64,000 bases of DNA from Utricularia gibba. Taxonomy: Eukaryota; Plantae; Magnoliophyta. The stretch's first letter is position 1, and each line of letters starts with the position of its first letter. The notes under the pieces are model-generated. The model was given only the letters and a program-made list of their open reading frames with translations. It had not been told where the DNA came from and made no database searches. Position numbers and translations under genes: made by a program. Location of the stretch: NCBI GenBank assembly GCA_002189035.1, contig CM007991.1, positions 4,898,001-4,962,000 on the forward strand, written 5' to 3'. Shown in pieces: positions 12,860 to 28,051 of the stretch.

Positions 12860-14250
12860 TGATTTCTCTATATTTACAAACAATGCCCCTATTTGTGAAT
12901 GCTAAGTGTCATTTTCTCATTAAATTTTAGGTTGTTATTTATGTTTAAATATGTTTAGAATTGTTTAGTTAGGAGTTTATATTATAAGATTTAGATTTTT
13001 ATCTAGTTTATGGTAATTTTCTAAATCTTATATTTTATCTTATATTTTTACTAGTTTATCTAAGTTTTCTAGAGATGCACACGTGATAGAAAGTGAGAGA
13101 AAGAAGGTAGTAGATGGCGACAAACTGCATGTTCCTGAACTGACGTCTCCTTGATTTCTGGAAGACTGTAAATGCGTAATTATAAGCCTTAGTGTGTGGA
13201 ATACGAGTGTTTCTGATAGGCGAAATCATTAGCATACCAATGTCAGAGCAGAACCTTCCTTGCAAGCCACTCCAAGTCACAGCACGACTGAGGCTAGACG
13301 AAAACTTAGACTCTCATTGAAGTTCAGTTCAATTCAGATATTCTGCATTCACTTTTCGAGTTTAGTTCAGACTTTATTTATCTCTTTAGAAGATTTTTTC
13401 TCTAACTTCTCTCTAGAATCTGTTTTCGTTTTCCTTAGTTTGTATGACCGTTTGCGGCTAGAAACTTCCGTTTCTAGGTTGGGATACTCCCAAATCTATG
13501 TTTCGTTAGTTTATCTTCATCTCTTCTTTCAATCTGAACAGGTTTCATATGTCTTTGCACGACTATGTTACAGTCTTTCTGTAATAGTCATCTTATTCAA
13601 GATTCATGGTTAGGTGATCACTATCCGGGAGTTTTGAAGAGGAGTAAGATGGAAAGCACAACTCATGCCCTTTTGGCAAGAGTAAAACAACGTTTTGTCT
13701 ATGGTCGTACCTCAAGGTCAATGGACAGATAATGACCTTGTATCTGTACTCATTGGATCATTGGCAACATTTGGGCACACATGCGTAATTCGATCGTGAG
13801 GGTACGTTGGAAAGATTTTTTATCTTCACATTTTTCCAAGAAGGAGCAACATCGGACTATTCCCGTGACTTCTTGCAAGATTGTGTAAGAGAGGATAAGT
13901 AATTACTTACTCCTATAACTGAGTATTCGAGAAGATCAGAGAAGAGTGGAGACGTGACGAACGTAGTTGGGCAGGATTCCAATCCTAGGAACATTCGCTT
14001 TGTTTAAGGTTCATCCCTTACGTTTATTTCCATTATTTGTTTATAACCCTCTTTCCCCTTATTCAAGTTTTATCATTTACGTCTCTCGTATCTTTACTCT
14101 ATTAAACCATTTACAAATCGTGATAGTTGTATTCGACGTATTTTCATATTTCACTGAAAAACAACTCTTTGTGTTCGACATTCGTACTACATTTTTATGT
14201 TTTACGAGTTTTAAAAATATTAAAATTTGTTGTAGAAACAACACGCATCA
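12860..14250 (+). mobile_element. Probable solo LTR, family G (Athila-like)
   Basis: TGATT...CACGCATCA with the Athila-type 3' motif tttgtgttcgaca and TSD 4/5 (TTTAA/TTGAA). 12904-13110 is homologous to the reverse complement of 52102-52314, and 13130-13300 resembles the reverse complement of 44340-44519. No PBS follows. Confidence 0.6.
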
Positions 14251-14632
14251 TTGAACTATATCCAGCTAGAACCGAGTTAGAATTCAAGTACTAGACAAGC
14301 CTTCGTTGTAAATGTGCAAGGCAAAAGATGCTTGTTTAAAATCTTGCTTTTTATTTACATTTTTTGGCGAGCCTGTTTTCCAGGTCACATCTGAATGTAG
14401 TTTAGTTGGTGCGCCGCCTACAATATATTTATTTGTAGATGTAGGCTCTATGGGCTATGAGGATTTAGGCCCATTATTATTGCATTGCTGGTCGTATTAA
14501 ACTGCTCGTTGACTTGATGGTCCGGAAGAAAAGAAGCCAGCAAAGTTTTACACGCCTCCCTCCGTTCATTTATCTCCTCAGTACTCGCTAATTTCTCGCA
14601 ACTCCATCTGGAGAAAAGCGGCACCCAGAATG

Positions 14633-14972
14633 TGAGATCGATTTCAAGTTTCTCTTTTTATTTGTCTTCATTTCTTTTGTGCGTTATGTTTGTTCATTCG
14701 CAAATACCAGCGTTCAGTTTTGATGAACTATCTCTTCTCGGTGTATAGTCAGACCACACTTGCTTGTAACTAGGGTGGCTGACCTTTCAAATAATACTTT
14801 AGGGGTTTCTTCAGTGAGAAAGATGCATTTTTTTCCCTGTTGCAAATTTAAATCAGTTAACCTTGTGCATCTCCCCTTAAATTGTTGCAAAGCTCCAGAA
14901 TGGGCATGCCCTAGGGTGGCTCATTTTGAAGTGTAAATTTAACCAATTTCTTTTCCACTTTTTACAATCCAG
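14633..14972 (+). other. Probable 5'UTR intron of the cysteine synthase gene
   Basis: A GTGAG donor-like site near 14633 follows a CT-rich leader. A polypyrimidine tract plus CCAG acceptor (AG 14971-14972) sits 2 nt before the ATG. The donor position is approximate. Confidence 0.5.
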
Positions 14973-14974
14973 AC

Positions 14975-16915
<1,941 letters not shown>

Positions 16916-17055
16916 TGAAGAGGAACGCAATGTGTTTTCGTTCTCCAATCCTGTTGTGACGCTTGTGTGCGGTTCTTCTGTTTGCCTGTTGCTTCTTGCT
17001 TACGAATAGGCGAAGACACTTGTATTGTTCCCATGGCATGGCATATGGTATAACA

Positions 17056-17079
17056 ACATTACATTACATTACATTACAT
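17056..17079 (+). repeat. (ACATT)n pentanucleotide microsatellite in the OAS-TL 3' flank
   Basis: acatt x4 followed by acat. Confidence 0.85.
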
Positions 17080-17701
17080 GGTTTTGGGTTAGGGAGTACG
17101 TAGGTAGCAGATTAGTTCATTCAGCTAGTGTCCAAGCGTGGTTCATTATTCGGTGAAGACCATACCCGTGAGGCTCTTATTTCATGAATTCGAAAGAACT
17201 TGGAGGTCATATTAGATGAGATGGTTTCACAAAGAAAGAAAAAAGAGCCTATTATTTTGTATAATCCCATTTAGTTTTAGGAAATTAGGCCTTAAATTAA
17301 TGTTGGGGAAGTGTTTAGGCATTTTTTTATAGGCCTTGTTGAGTGTGTGCCCGGCAAGTGGGATCACAAGAGTATAAGAAAAATAAGAAAAACAATGAGG
17401 ATCGACTTATGATATCAAAGACCATCTTCAAGTTTTATGGGTGAAGAAGTTACAAAGTTCTTGTAACTTCTTCATAGCTTTAAACCATACTTGACTTCAA
17501 AAAGCCAATGTTTATTGGAATCCCCTGGAAATGTTCTATCGCCAGAAACACTACAGGAAAAGATGGATGGAATGAGCACTAGATTTGCAGAAGAATATAA
17601 AATGCTTAATATATAATTATAATAATATAAAATAATTAAATTTATTCAAATCTTTGAAAATTCGAATATTATGATAATCATATTTTTTTTCAATTTTTAT
17701 C

Positions 17702-17899
17702 TTATATATAAATTATCAAGTTGTTAGCAATAAATTCATCTTCCATCCTACTACATAATCTATTCTTAATTATCTTCAAAGTTGAAAATGCATCTTTTGC
17801 AATAGATCTAGAAATGGTAAGAGTAACAAATAATTTTCGCAATCTATCAACCTTGCCATAACTAATATGTATGCCACTCTCAACAAGACTTTGACACAA
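17702..17899 (-). mobile_element. hAT transposase C-terminal dimerization-domain remnant
   Basis: RLRKLFVTLTISRSIAKDAFSTLKIIKNRLCSRMEDEFIANNLIIYI resembles the hAT consensus LLKLALTLPVSTA..ERAFS.MKIIKTRLRNKMEDEFLA..L..YI. Confidence 0.75.
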
Positions 17900-17962
17900 T
17901 TTACTAATTATTTCAAAACAAAGTGTTTGAATTGAATCTTCAATTGAAATCTTGCAAACATT

Positions 17963-19170
17963 GTAGGTAAACTAGACTAATTTCTAGTTATCTCTAGCAC
18001 CTCCAAACTCCACCACAAAACCTCATAGCATATCCTCTAGCATCTGATTCATGTGCTCCATTTGGCTATCCGTTTTATGGTGATAGGGTGTACTAAAGTT
18101 TAGTTTTGTACCCATCGCCTCTTGTAGGCTTTTCCCAAATCTACACACAAACCCGATATCCCTGTTGGAAACGATTAGGAGGGGCACTCGATGGAGTCTC
18201 ACCGATTCTAAAATGTACCTCTCAACCAATTTATAAATCCCATTGGTTTCTCTCAATGCCATGAAGTGGGCCACCTCAGTTAGCCAGTCCACAATTATCC
18301 ATATTTCATTGTGTTTCGTGAATGTTCTTGGTATCCCCATTATGAAATGCATAGTAACATGATAAAAATTCCACTCCTATATGCGTAGCATGTGAAGTTC
18401 ACCTCTTGGATGCAGATGTTCAGCTTTGTCTCTTTGGCAAGTGTCCCATTTTGCAACAACAATAGCAATGCTTTTCTTCATTCCTGACCACCACCACATG
18501 GTTTTCAGGTTCCTGTTAACTTAGTTGCTTTTGGGATGCACTAAAAATGCAGAATTGTGAGCTTCTCTGAAGACTTTCTGAAGAGATCATGCATGCCACA
18601 GATATCGACAATGAAGATGAGAGAAGGAAGGACACTCATCCTCTCATCATTTCATTCGGACCACTCACAAGATCAAGAGCATGAAATCACCAAGAACTCC
18701 TCAAGCCATTATGGATCAAGGTGATACTTGAGCTCAACATCATAATCCTTTAGAACCTCCAGCCATCTCCTTTGTCTCACGTTCATTTCTTTTTGTGTGA
18801 TGATTTGTTTAAGGCTCTGATGATCAGTATACACCATGCACCTCAAACCATAGAGGCATCATCGCCAAGGTTTTACAGCAAACACACCAGCACCTAGCTC
18901 CAGGTCGTGTGTTACATAATTCATTTCATGAGGTTTCAACTTCCAGAATGCGCACACAATGACTTTATCCTGTTGCATTAGGGTGCACCCCAAGCCTTCC
19001 TTTGATGCATGACTATAAACAACAAAATCCTCATCCACCTTAGGTGACATAAGAGCAGGTGTTGTAGTCAGCTTTTCTTTCAACATAAAAAATGTTCTAC
19101 TCACATTTCTCACACCATTGGTATTTCGACCATTCCTTTATCAATACTATGAGAGGGCTGCCTTTGGAGG
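17963..19170 (-). mobile_element. Composite fragment: Tekay integrase (17963-18578) + CRM LTR start (18579-18720) + Tekay RNase H (18721-19170)
   Basis: ORFs MHFIMGIPRT...IWIIVDWLTEVAHF and [36 protein letters not shown]. Paralogous to 23562-24310 and 28380-28820. Confidence 0.8.
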
Positions 19171-19546
19171 AAAACTGTTGCTCATTGCCATTGATTAGGA
19201 AAATCATTTCTTCTTGCTAATGGATGCATATTTCCTCACAATCATCTTGTGCAGCTCTCTATAGTCATAACACAATGTCAACCATTACATCCACCTCACC
19301 GAATTGAGGGTTGTGTCATGAAACTTAACAAAGTGCTCTATGCCCATTGTGGAAATTCAGGGAGTATCACATCTTCAAGCTCCCACATGGCTTCCTTCTC
19401 AGTATGATTGCTCCATTGAAACTTTTGCATGGTATGGACCTCTTTCTCAATCTCCTCTCCTGTCTATCCACTATTCTAGCCGTCTCTTCATGTTAGGGAA
19501 GTTTCTCATCAATGATTGCAGACTCTCGGGCCATTGGCTGCTTATC

Positions 19547-21030
19547 TGTTAGTGTATGTGTTTTAGAGACAATCAATTCATTGGCAAATCTTATCTTATG
19601 ATATTTACTTTGAATTGTGATCAAATTTATATCATTGATAAAATCCTCTACTTGATCTATGTGCTATAGAAATTATGATGAGATCATAATGTGAAATTCT
19701 TCAAACACTCATGATCAAGTTAAAAAACTCCCTAGCTAGAGTATTTGTGAAATGAGGTGGCACACATTGAGTTCCCTAAGTTGTTTAGGCAATGGTTCTC
19801 ACAATTGATGTAATGAGATTACTAGAACCTATGTGTGGATGTCGATTAGAGAATCGATTCACTGGATGACTCATCTTCGAGATGCTACTATGGGAAGCTA
19901 ACCAAGTGTCAGTAGCAAGATCTCGAATATGACAGCCGTGCAATTAAGCTTAGACTTGAGGTCAACAAAGTTATCTTGATCTTAAGCTCACATTTTCGCT
20001 CATTACTAATGGGAGCCTAACCATGGATTGCCTAGTATGGATGAGTAGGGATGTGACTCCTTAAGGTTGGAAATAGTTGACTGATCAATAAAGGATTCAT
20101 CACTCATGTTAGCGATGAGAGCATATCTCAAGTAATTGCATCAAAGCCTAACAGTAAGTCCTGGGCCCAGGGTATTGACACTCGAATTGTTTGAGTAGGT
20201 CATTGAGTGTTAGTGCTTGAATGCAATTATAAGTTCGATACATCAGAAAGACACACACCTATGTTGTAGTATCGAATGAGATATAAGTATGATGAAAGCT
20301 GTTCATTGCATGGTGGCTGGTCATGGAAAGGCTCAATCAGTTCACCTGATTATTCTTACATCTTGGGGATCATGTTATATTGCTAGACATCACTCATGAT
20401 CGATAATGATGGATTTGATTAATTAAGAGTTAATTAATAAATCCATTATTACGGCCTTGATTGAAGAAGCCTATAGGGTCACACACAATAGTGGAGTCAC
20501 TCAACGATATAAAACAGAATGACACAATTACATGAGATGTAATTGGTAAAGTGGATAAATTAAATTGAGAGTTATTTTGAGATTAATATTGATTAAACTC
20601 AAAATAAAAGATCATATATAGATAAGATTTGGAACATATACATATCTCCACAAGATAAGATCTTTATGGAGATATGATTTGATATGTTACCATATATCTA
20701 TAAAAAAGATTTAGATCTTGAGATCTGCTCCAAGGGGTCTTCGTGCTCTTAGAGACTAATCCACAAGGGGGCGTTTTTCTCTACTAGCACTTGAGGAATT
20801 CGACCAGCATTCAAAGAGCCTTGAGAAGGTTATCGACGGAGTGCTCCACGTGTGGATACCATAGAGGCCGTCTCCTATTGGCAGTTGGTGAACAACGTAG
20901 TCATCTGAAAGGTATTTTAGCATCCCTTAGTCTGATGTATACCGTATTCCAAGATTTGCGTTGGGGGTTTCTCAAAATTTTTAAAATTCCGCTGCTGTCG
21001 AGACATACGATGTCTACAAGAAACCCAACA
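19547..21030 (+). mobile_element. Solo LTR, Angela-lineage copia (copy E1, 1484 bp)
   Basis: TGTTAGTG...CCCAACA with perfect TSD TTATC (19542-19546, 21031-21035). Homologous to both LTRs of the copia element at 44520-52101. Confidence 0.92.
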
Positions 21031-21237
21031 TTATCATCAACAACATACTTCCTCAATTGTGGAACATAGAAGACGTGACGTATCCCACCATGTTGCTCCC
21101 GTAACATAAGTTTGTAAGCTATTGTTCCAACTCCCTTTTCAATCTCGTTTGGTCCTATATGCCTAGAAACAAGCTTGGTCGACTACTTATTCGAGAGACT
21201 CCCTTCATAGGTCTGACTTTTAGATTTACAAAGTCTT

Positions 21238-23332
21238 TGATAACACATATTTTTGAGTATTTGAGTACAGGAAAATGACTCATATTGTGCTACAAAACCT
21301 AAATTTTATTGTCTATTTCTATGTTTTTGCGAAATATATCGTAGTTGTGCTTTTTATTCCTTGTTGGAACTAAATCATAATTTAGTCCCAACGTTAGTTC
21401 TAATAGTTTTTTCTGAGCAATATAACGCATGTTGGCAGCCCAAATCCCAAAGAACCAAATATGAATAGTGTACTGGCAGAGGATGAGGTAAAAAGACTGA
21501 AAAGAAGGATACCAAATCCAAGGAGAGAAAAAAAGAGGATTTTGGACACAAAATGAGACAAGATGGAGAGAGAAAAGAGATCTCCCCCATTGACAAATTT
21601 TCTAGAGAAGACTTCTAGGGGACGAAGAAAGAAGACGAACGAGGAATGAAGCTCATGTTTGAAAACTTTCTTTTGTTTTCAAAGAATATTACTCTCAACT
21701 AAGAGTAGCTAGTGAGAGTTTTAGTTTTTTGTTGAACTTTTTGCATTCCTTGCTTGTTTGTTTTCTAGTATCGAACTCTCATATGAGTACAACGTGGATG
21801 ATGTTTCATGTTTTATTTTCATTTATCTTAAGCATGAATGGCTAAGCATTTAGGGTTGCCTTGGGGCAAAAGGGGAGAAATGTGCTAATCAATCTTTAGA
21901 CTTTATTAACCATAAGTCATGCCACTTCCTTAACAAACTAGGATAAATCCAAGAGGGGGAGTGATAAACGGAAATTTTAGCATGTCGTTGCAATAAAAGC
22001 AAACTTCCGTATCAAATACATTTATAATCCCTAATCCTTACAAAATACAAATTAAACACAAATTGTATAGTGGAATTCGAGGTCGATCACAAGGAGCTTG
22101 TGCTTGTCATGTATTTCAGCAGATGCAGAATTCAAAGTAATGGGAGTCTTAGTCTAAGCTCGGACCAACAGTGGTAAACAAGTTCGGTAAACAAGATCAG
22201 TAAACAATATCAGGTCTTAATGCTAAGGTAACATGTACTAGTTTTGACTTAGAATAATACTAAGGTGCCTTAAGGATCTATAGGTGGTGTGGTGCCAAAA
22301 TTCCTAATTTAATCTACCATGTTCCTACACTCACAACTTCAAATAACCTAAGTCTACCCAGGTCATTCATCATATTGTTGGCCAAGCTAGTCCTCCATAT
22401 CATCACCAAACTTGCAATTAGGTCTACCCACATGCAAAGCATATAGAGTTGGGGGAGAAACCCCCTCGTCTATCGTTGGAGGTTGCTGAATGTGGAGGGA
22501 AAAACCCCCCCGTGTGTATTTTTAAAAACGCGTTGTCCCCTTGTGATTCTCTCTCCTCCTCATCTTTCTCTCACCTCACTCTGACCAAGGCAAGTACATT
22601 CTTTGACAAATCTACCGCTCTTGGCTCTGACTTGCAGACTGCTGCCGTGATAGTGTACTCATTGCCCCCTGTAGCCTAGTGACTTGCACGAAATCCAGAT
22701 TTCTTCTTTGACTTTCGGGTTGCTTCTACACTCCAAAATCGGGTTAGACATGGGGTGGGCAAAATCAAAGGATTTAGCCCACTAATCACACCAAAAATCA
22801 CATTTTCCCTAATCAAATAAAAATACTTAAAACTATAAAATTAACACTTAAACATAGTTAAAAATTTTTGATTTTTCATATTCTAAAACATGATAATTTG
22901 TGTGTTATCAAGGAGGTAGTGAAACTCATCTTAACAGCCGTAATTAGGGGGAAAACAATAGTTCGGGTAGACTTAGACTTTGTTTGTTAGATGTTTGGTT
23001 TATGATTTATGTGAGCGTATATTAGTGAAAAGCATACACCCCTAGGAGTCCTAAGGCATCACCCATTGTCTTAGGAACAATTGAGTTCAAAAGTTTGTTA
23101 CTTTTCTTTATTGTATCCTATCATAATTCTTCCTTAGTTTTAGTTAAAACCAAATCTATCAACGTGACACTGATTGCATTCATTGATAATTACATATTAA
23201 GCACCTACTCTTCATGTTTGACCCTAAACACTATGCTCATAATTGAATTATGTTTGAATGTGTATTAGGTTATTAATTCATTTGATAGGAGAAATTAACA
23301 TTTTAATGACATTGTAGATTTTTCATTTATCA
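21238..23332 (+). mobile_element. Solo LTR family A (copy A3) with a nested family-B LTR
   Basis: TGATAACAC...ATTTATCA with perfect TSD GTCTT (21233-21237, 23333-23337). Confidence 0.9.
21962..22910 (-). mobile_element. Solo LTR family B (copy B2, 949 bp), nested in A3 in the opposite orientation
   Basis: TGATAAACGG...GTGTTATCA with TSD GGGAG/AGGAG. The host LTR sequence gagggggag|gtagtgaaac is uninterrupted in copy A4 (about 29885-29905). Confidence 0.87.
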
Positions 23333-24487
23333 GTCTTCAATATCATACTCCAATGGTCTTTTGTGCATTTTAGACCTACTGCTAGGGCAATCTTGTGGAG
23401 TAGCATTCATGTTCTTTTACACCAGCTCCACCTTGTCCATGGTAGCTCTAGCACTACCACATGCTTATCTTCAATCTTGTCCTATAATGGAGGGGTCTTG
23501 CACTTCCAACCACAAAGGGTCACATAGGGGGCCATATTGATGCTACTGTGATGACTTCTCTTGTAGGCAAATTCAACTAATTTCTAGATATGCCTAGCAC
23601 TTTCAAACTGCATCACACAAGCTCATAGCATATCCTCTTGCATCTGATTCGTGCACTACGTTTGACCATCAGTATTAGGGTGATAGGGTGTACTGAAGTT
23701 TAGATTTGTATCAATCGCCTTCTGTAGGCTTTTATCGAATCTACACACAAACCTGTTATCCCCATTCGAAATGATTCGGAGGGGTATGCCATGGAGTGTA
23801 AATGATTTTGAAACGTACTTTTGAATCAATTTATCAATCCCATTGGTTTCCCTTATCGCCACAAAGTAGGCGACCTTGGATAGCCAGTCCACAATTACCC
23901 ATATTGCATTGTGCTTCGTGAATGTTCTTGGTATCCCCATTATGAAATCCATGGTAACATGATCAAACTTCCACTCCGGTATGCGTAGTTCTTGAAGTTC
24001 ACCTCTTGGACTCTGATGTTCAGCTTTGACTCTTTGGCAGGTGTCCCATTTCACAACAAACACAACCATGCTTCTCTTCATTGTTGACCACCGCCACATG
24101 GTTTTTAGTTCCCATACACTTAGTTGCTTTTGGGATGCATTGAAAATGTTGAATTGTGAGCTTCACTGAAGACTTTTTGATGAGATCATGCATGCTACAG
24201 ATAAGGACAATGAAGATGAGTGAAGAAAGGACATCAATCTTGCCATCATTTCACTTGGGCCATTCACAAGATCAAGAGCACGAAAGCACCAAGAACTCAA
24301 GGGATTATGGGTCAATCAAGAAACTTATGAAGTTTATGGCATTTGTATCAACTTACTTAGGTTGTTCGCTAGTGGTACTTTTATTTTGAGTAGACTCATA
24401 TCTTTACCTATATAAGAAGGGTATCACTCTTGTTTAGAGACAATTATGATTGTTTTTGTATTTTGAGAGAATGATCCTTTCTTGAGT

Positions 24488-25714
24488 TCTTAGAAAAATC
24501 CTATTTTCCTATTTTCTATATGTTTTCTTTGTCTTTTTCGCACACTTTGACTGACACATGTCTAGAGGCAGTCGTGGAGTGTTGTAGGAGTATTGCAGGA
24601 GGTAAAACTCTGACTTTTCGTGCCTTGAACGCGACTTCTAACAATTTTGGGCGGAAGACGGACACTGGTCAAGGCCCTTAACTTACGGCATGTCAGAGTT
24701 TGCAGAAATGATTGGGCGCTAACTTAGCTTTTGTTAGTGTATGTGTTCTAGAGACAATCAACTCATTGGCAAATCTTATCTTATGATATTTACTTTGAAT
24801 TGTGATCAAATTTATATCATTGATAAAATCCTCTACTTGATCTATGTGCTATAGAAATTATGATGAGATCATAATGTGAGATTCTTCAAGCACTCATGAT
24901 CAAGTTAAAAACTCCCTAGCTAGAGTATTTGTGAAATGAGGATATCACAAATACGGATAAGTTGGGACACATTGAGTTCCCTAAACTATTTAGGCAATGG
25001 TTCTCACAATTGATGTAATGAGATTACTAGAACATATTTGTGGGTGTCGATTAGAGAATCGATCCACTGGATGACTCATCTTCGTGATGCTACTATGGGA
25101 AGCTAACCAAGTGTCAGTAGCAAGATCTCGAATATGATAACTTTGATTGAAAAAGCCTGTAGGATCACACACAATAGTGGAGTCACTCATCGATATAAAA
25201 TAAAATGACACAATTACATGAGATGTAATTGGTAAAGTGGATAAATTAAATAGAGAGTTATTTTGAGATTAATATTGATTAAACTCAAAATAAAGGATTT
25301 TGTATAGATAAGATTTGGAACATATACATATCTCCACAAGATGAGATCTTTGTGGAGATTTGATTTGATATGTCACCAAATATCTATCAAAAGATTTAGA
25401 TCTAAAGATTGGCTTCCAGGTCTTCATGCTCTATGAGATTGATTCACAAGGGGGCGTTTTTCTCTACTAGCACCTTAGGAGATCCACCAGCATTGAACAG
25501 CCTTGAGAAGGTTATCGACGGAGTATTCTAAGTCTGGATACCATAGAGGCCGTCTGCTATTGGCAGTTGGTGAACAACGGAGTCTTCTGAAAGGTATTTT
25601 CAGCATCCCTTTATCTAACGTATACTGTATTCCAAGATTTGCGTTTGGGGTTTCTTAAAAAAAATTTAAATTCCGCTGCGTTTGTGATATACGATGTCTA
25701 CGAGAAACCCAACA
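24488..25714 (+). mobile_element. Foreign segment inside the CRM LTR: flank sequence (24488-24731) plus an internally deleted Angela LTR (24732-25714)
   Basis: Near-collinear with 44278-45992, including the same flank|TGTTAGTG junction. About 0.5 kb of the LTR is missing near 25137. Confidence 0.82.
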
Positions 25715-25752
25715 GTTTCCCAAACACTTGTTGTTTGGAGGGTTGTATCACA

Positions 25753-25764
25753 TGGTATCAGAGC
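25753..25764 (+). promoter_or_regulatory. Primer-binding site (tRNA-iMet) of the CRM element
   Basis: TGGTATCAGAGC lies 2 nt after the LTR end GTTGTATCA (25750). Confidence 0.9.
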
Positions 25765-28051
25765 CAATCTTTCTCTTCTTCATATCTTATCTATCTGTCT
25801 TGTTGTTTGGTTCCAAAAGAAAAAGAAAAAAAATAAAATCCTTCTTGGGTTGCTCATCTTATCGTTTGTTCGTTTTCTAAAAGGAAAACCGAGGGACATT
25901 CCTTTTTTTTACTTGTTGTATTCTACTCTTCTCATTCGATATAAAAAAAAAGGAAAAAAACGTGTTGAAGGGAGAAAGAAGATTAGGGACCTGAATCTCT
26001 TCAATTTTCTACTTCCCAAACCAAGGTAAAGTCATTTTCATTCATGGCTTTCAGAAGCATGGGTTCTTTCCAATTTCAGAAGCAATCGAATTTTCTAATG
26101 TGAAGGGCCATCTTCTTATCCAATACAACAAGCAAGTCATTTTTTTTTTCAATACAACAAGCAATTGCTATCTTCAATCTTTTCAATTGTCTCCCTACCT
26201 ATTTCATGTAAATCACAACAAATTTCATTCTATCCTTCTTTTAATCCCTTGCTTAGACTAGATTATCATTGTCAATCGAAATCCAATGTTGTTCATTTCC
26301 TTTATCTAAGTCATTACCTCAGCTACACTTGTCTCCCTAAACCACACTTAGATTGATCAACTAAGGCTCATTGAGTCTAGAAGTTGAAGAGGACTTGAGG
26401 ATTGGAAATTCTCTCTTTCTCTTTCTTCTATCTTTTCTTTCATTGTTCTATTTCTTTTTCTTATTGCATCTACACTCTTCTCTTGTTAGTAGGATGCCAA
26501 GCTCTAACAACCATGCACAAGAATCAAGTGCTATTGATGTTGGTTTTTTGCTCAATGCAATGCAATGTGAGTTCAAGTGATTACAAAGATGTATGAAGAA
26601 AATCCACATCAAACTAGAGGAACATGAGGAATCTCTCAACAACATTAGAAAGCAAAGAGAGGACAATGGCTCCCATGATAGAGCCAAAGTTCATACACAC
26701 CGTGTTAGAAGGAATGCTCAACCGGGTGAAGATTCAGAATTTGATGCTAAAGAGGCTAGGTATGGTGAACGAAGGAAAAATGACAACAACAATCATGATG
26801 AGTATGATTCATTCACTAGTGATGATATGCAAACAAAGATATCAAAGAAACTGGAGGTCAAATCGTTATGGAAGAAATGATGAACGACCAATAAGAGACA
26901 CCCACATGACTACAAAGAGTTTGATAACATCAATGTAAAAATCTCTCCTTTTCATGGGAAGAATGATCCAAATGCCTATTTAAAATGTGAGACTCATGTG
27001 GAGTACGTGTTTGATTGCCACAACTATTTTGATGCCAAGAAGATCAAGCTTGCTATTGTTGAGTTTATGGATTATGCCATCACTTGGTGAGACAAGATAG
27101 TACTCAATAGAAGAAGTAATGTTGAGGAACCAATTCGTACATGGGCTGAGATGAAGAGGATCATGAGGAAGAGATTCATTCCAAGCCACTATCAAAGAGA
27201 TCTATTCCAAAACTTTCAGAAGCTTACACAAGAGAATAGATCCGTGTAAGAATATTGGCAAGAAATGAAGGTATTGATGATTCGAGCCAATATTATAGAA
27301 GATAGGAAAGCTGCAATGGAAAGATTTCTCTATGGTTTAAATAAGGAAATCTCTCTGATGGTCGAGCTGAAACACTATGTGAAGATTGAAAAGCAACTAA
27401 AGTCTAAGGAATAGTATAGAGAGCATCCAAAAGCTTCTACTTTGTGGAATGTTGCTGAGAATAATGAGGGGAAACCAGATTATTCTTCATTTCGGAATCA
27501 AACAAGTTTGGACCGAAGAAAGAAGGTATCCATGATGTTAGGAACCAAGACAAGGGGTTTAAGCCTTCTGGATACATTGGTAATATCAAGTGCTTCAAAT
27601 GTCTTGGACATGGTCACATTGCTTCAGACTACCCCAATAAGAGGATCATGATACTGAAGGATTTTGAAGATATTGAATCAGAAGTTGAGAGTGAAAGTGG
27701 AAGTGAAGTAGAGGAAATGGATGATAGGGAACAACAACTTGTTGTGGGTGAAAGTTTAGTGACCATACAGACTTTGGCCATGGATGCTAAGCCAATGGAA
27801 GAACAACAAGAGAACTTTTTCCATACATGATTCTTTGTTAATGGGAAGGTTTGCAGCCTTATAATCAATGGAGGCAATTGCACCAATGTTGCTAGTTCTC
27901 TCAGGGAAAAAAAATCCAACTTTTTTTTGTGTAGTGGATATCATCAAATTAGGATGAGGAAGGATGATGAATGGAAGACTGCTTTCAAAACCAAATTTGG
28001 CATACATGAATGGCTGGTTATGCCTTTTGAACTGACAAATGTACCTAGTAA

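Larger units (their letters stand above)
19171..24177 (-). mobile_element. Decayed Tekay (Ty3/gypsy chromovirus) 3' half: integrase, chromodomain, PPT and start of 3' LTR, interrupted by solo LTRs E1, A3 and B2
   Basis: The translation is collinear once the inserts are removed: KAEHQSPRGELQEL..WKFDHVTMDFI (23656-24099), MAPYVTLCG.KCKTP, LKVRPMKGV, GIRHVFYVPQLRKYV, and chromodomain WSNHTEKEATWELE (about 19370-19430). PPT-like ggtgaggtgga then TGTAAT at 19289. Confidence 0.8.
24178..28050 (+). mobile_element. 5' half of a CRM (centromeric chromovirus) retrotransposon: LTR 24178-25750 (interrupted), PBS, gag, zinc knuckle, partial protease and RT
   Basis: The LTR begins with CR-motif-like coding (gggccattcacaagatcaagagca, GPFTRSRA). 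Gag FHGKNDPNAYLKCE..VEYVFDCHNY and IRTWAEMKRIMRKRFIPSHY; CFKCLGHGHIASD; EEQQENFFHT; then a jump to [20 protein letters not shown]. Many stops. Confidence 0.85.

Noticed and set aside
14556-14567. Stowaway-like TIR CTCCCTCCGTTC (similar at about 56966)
   Set aside because: No partner TIR and no TA TSD.
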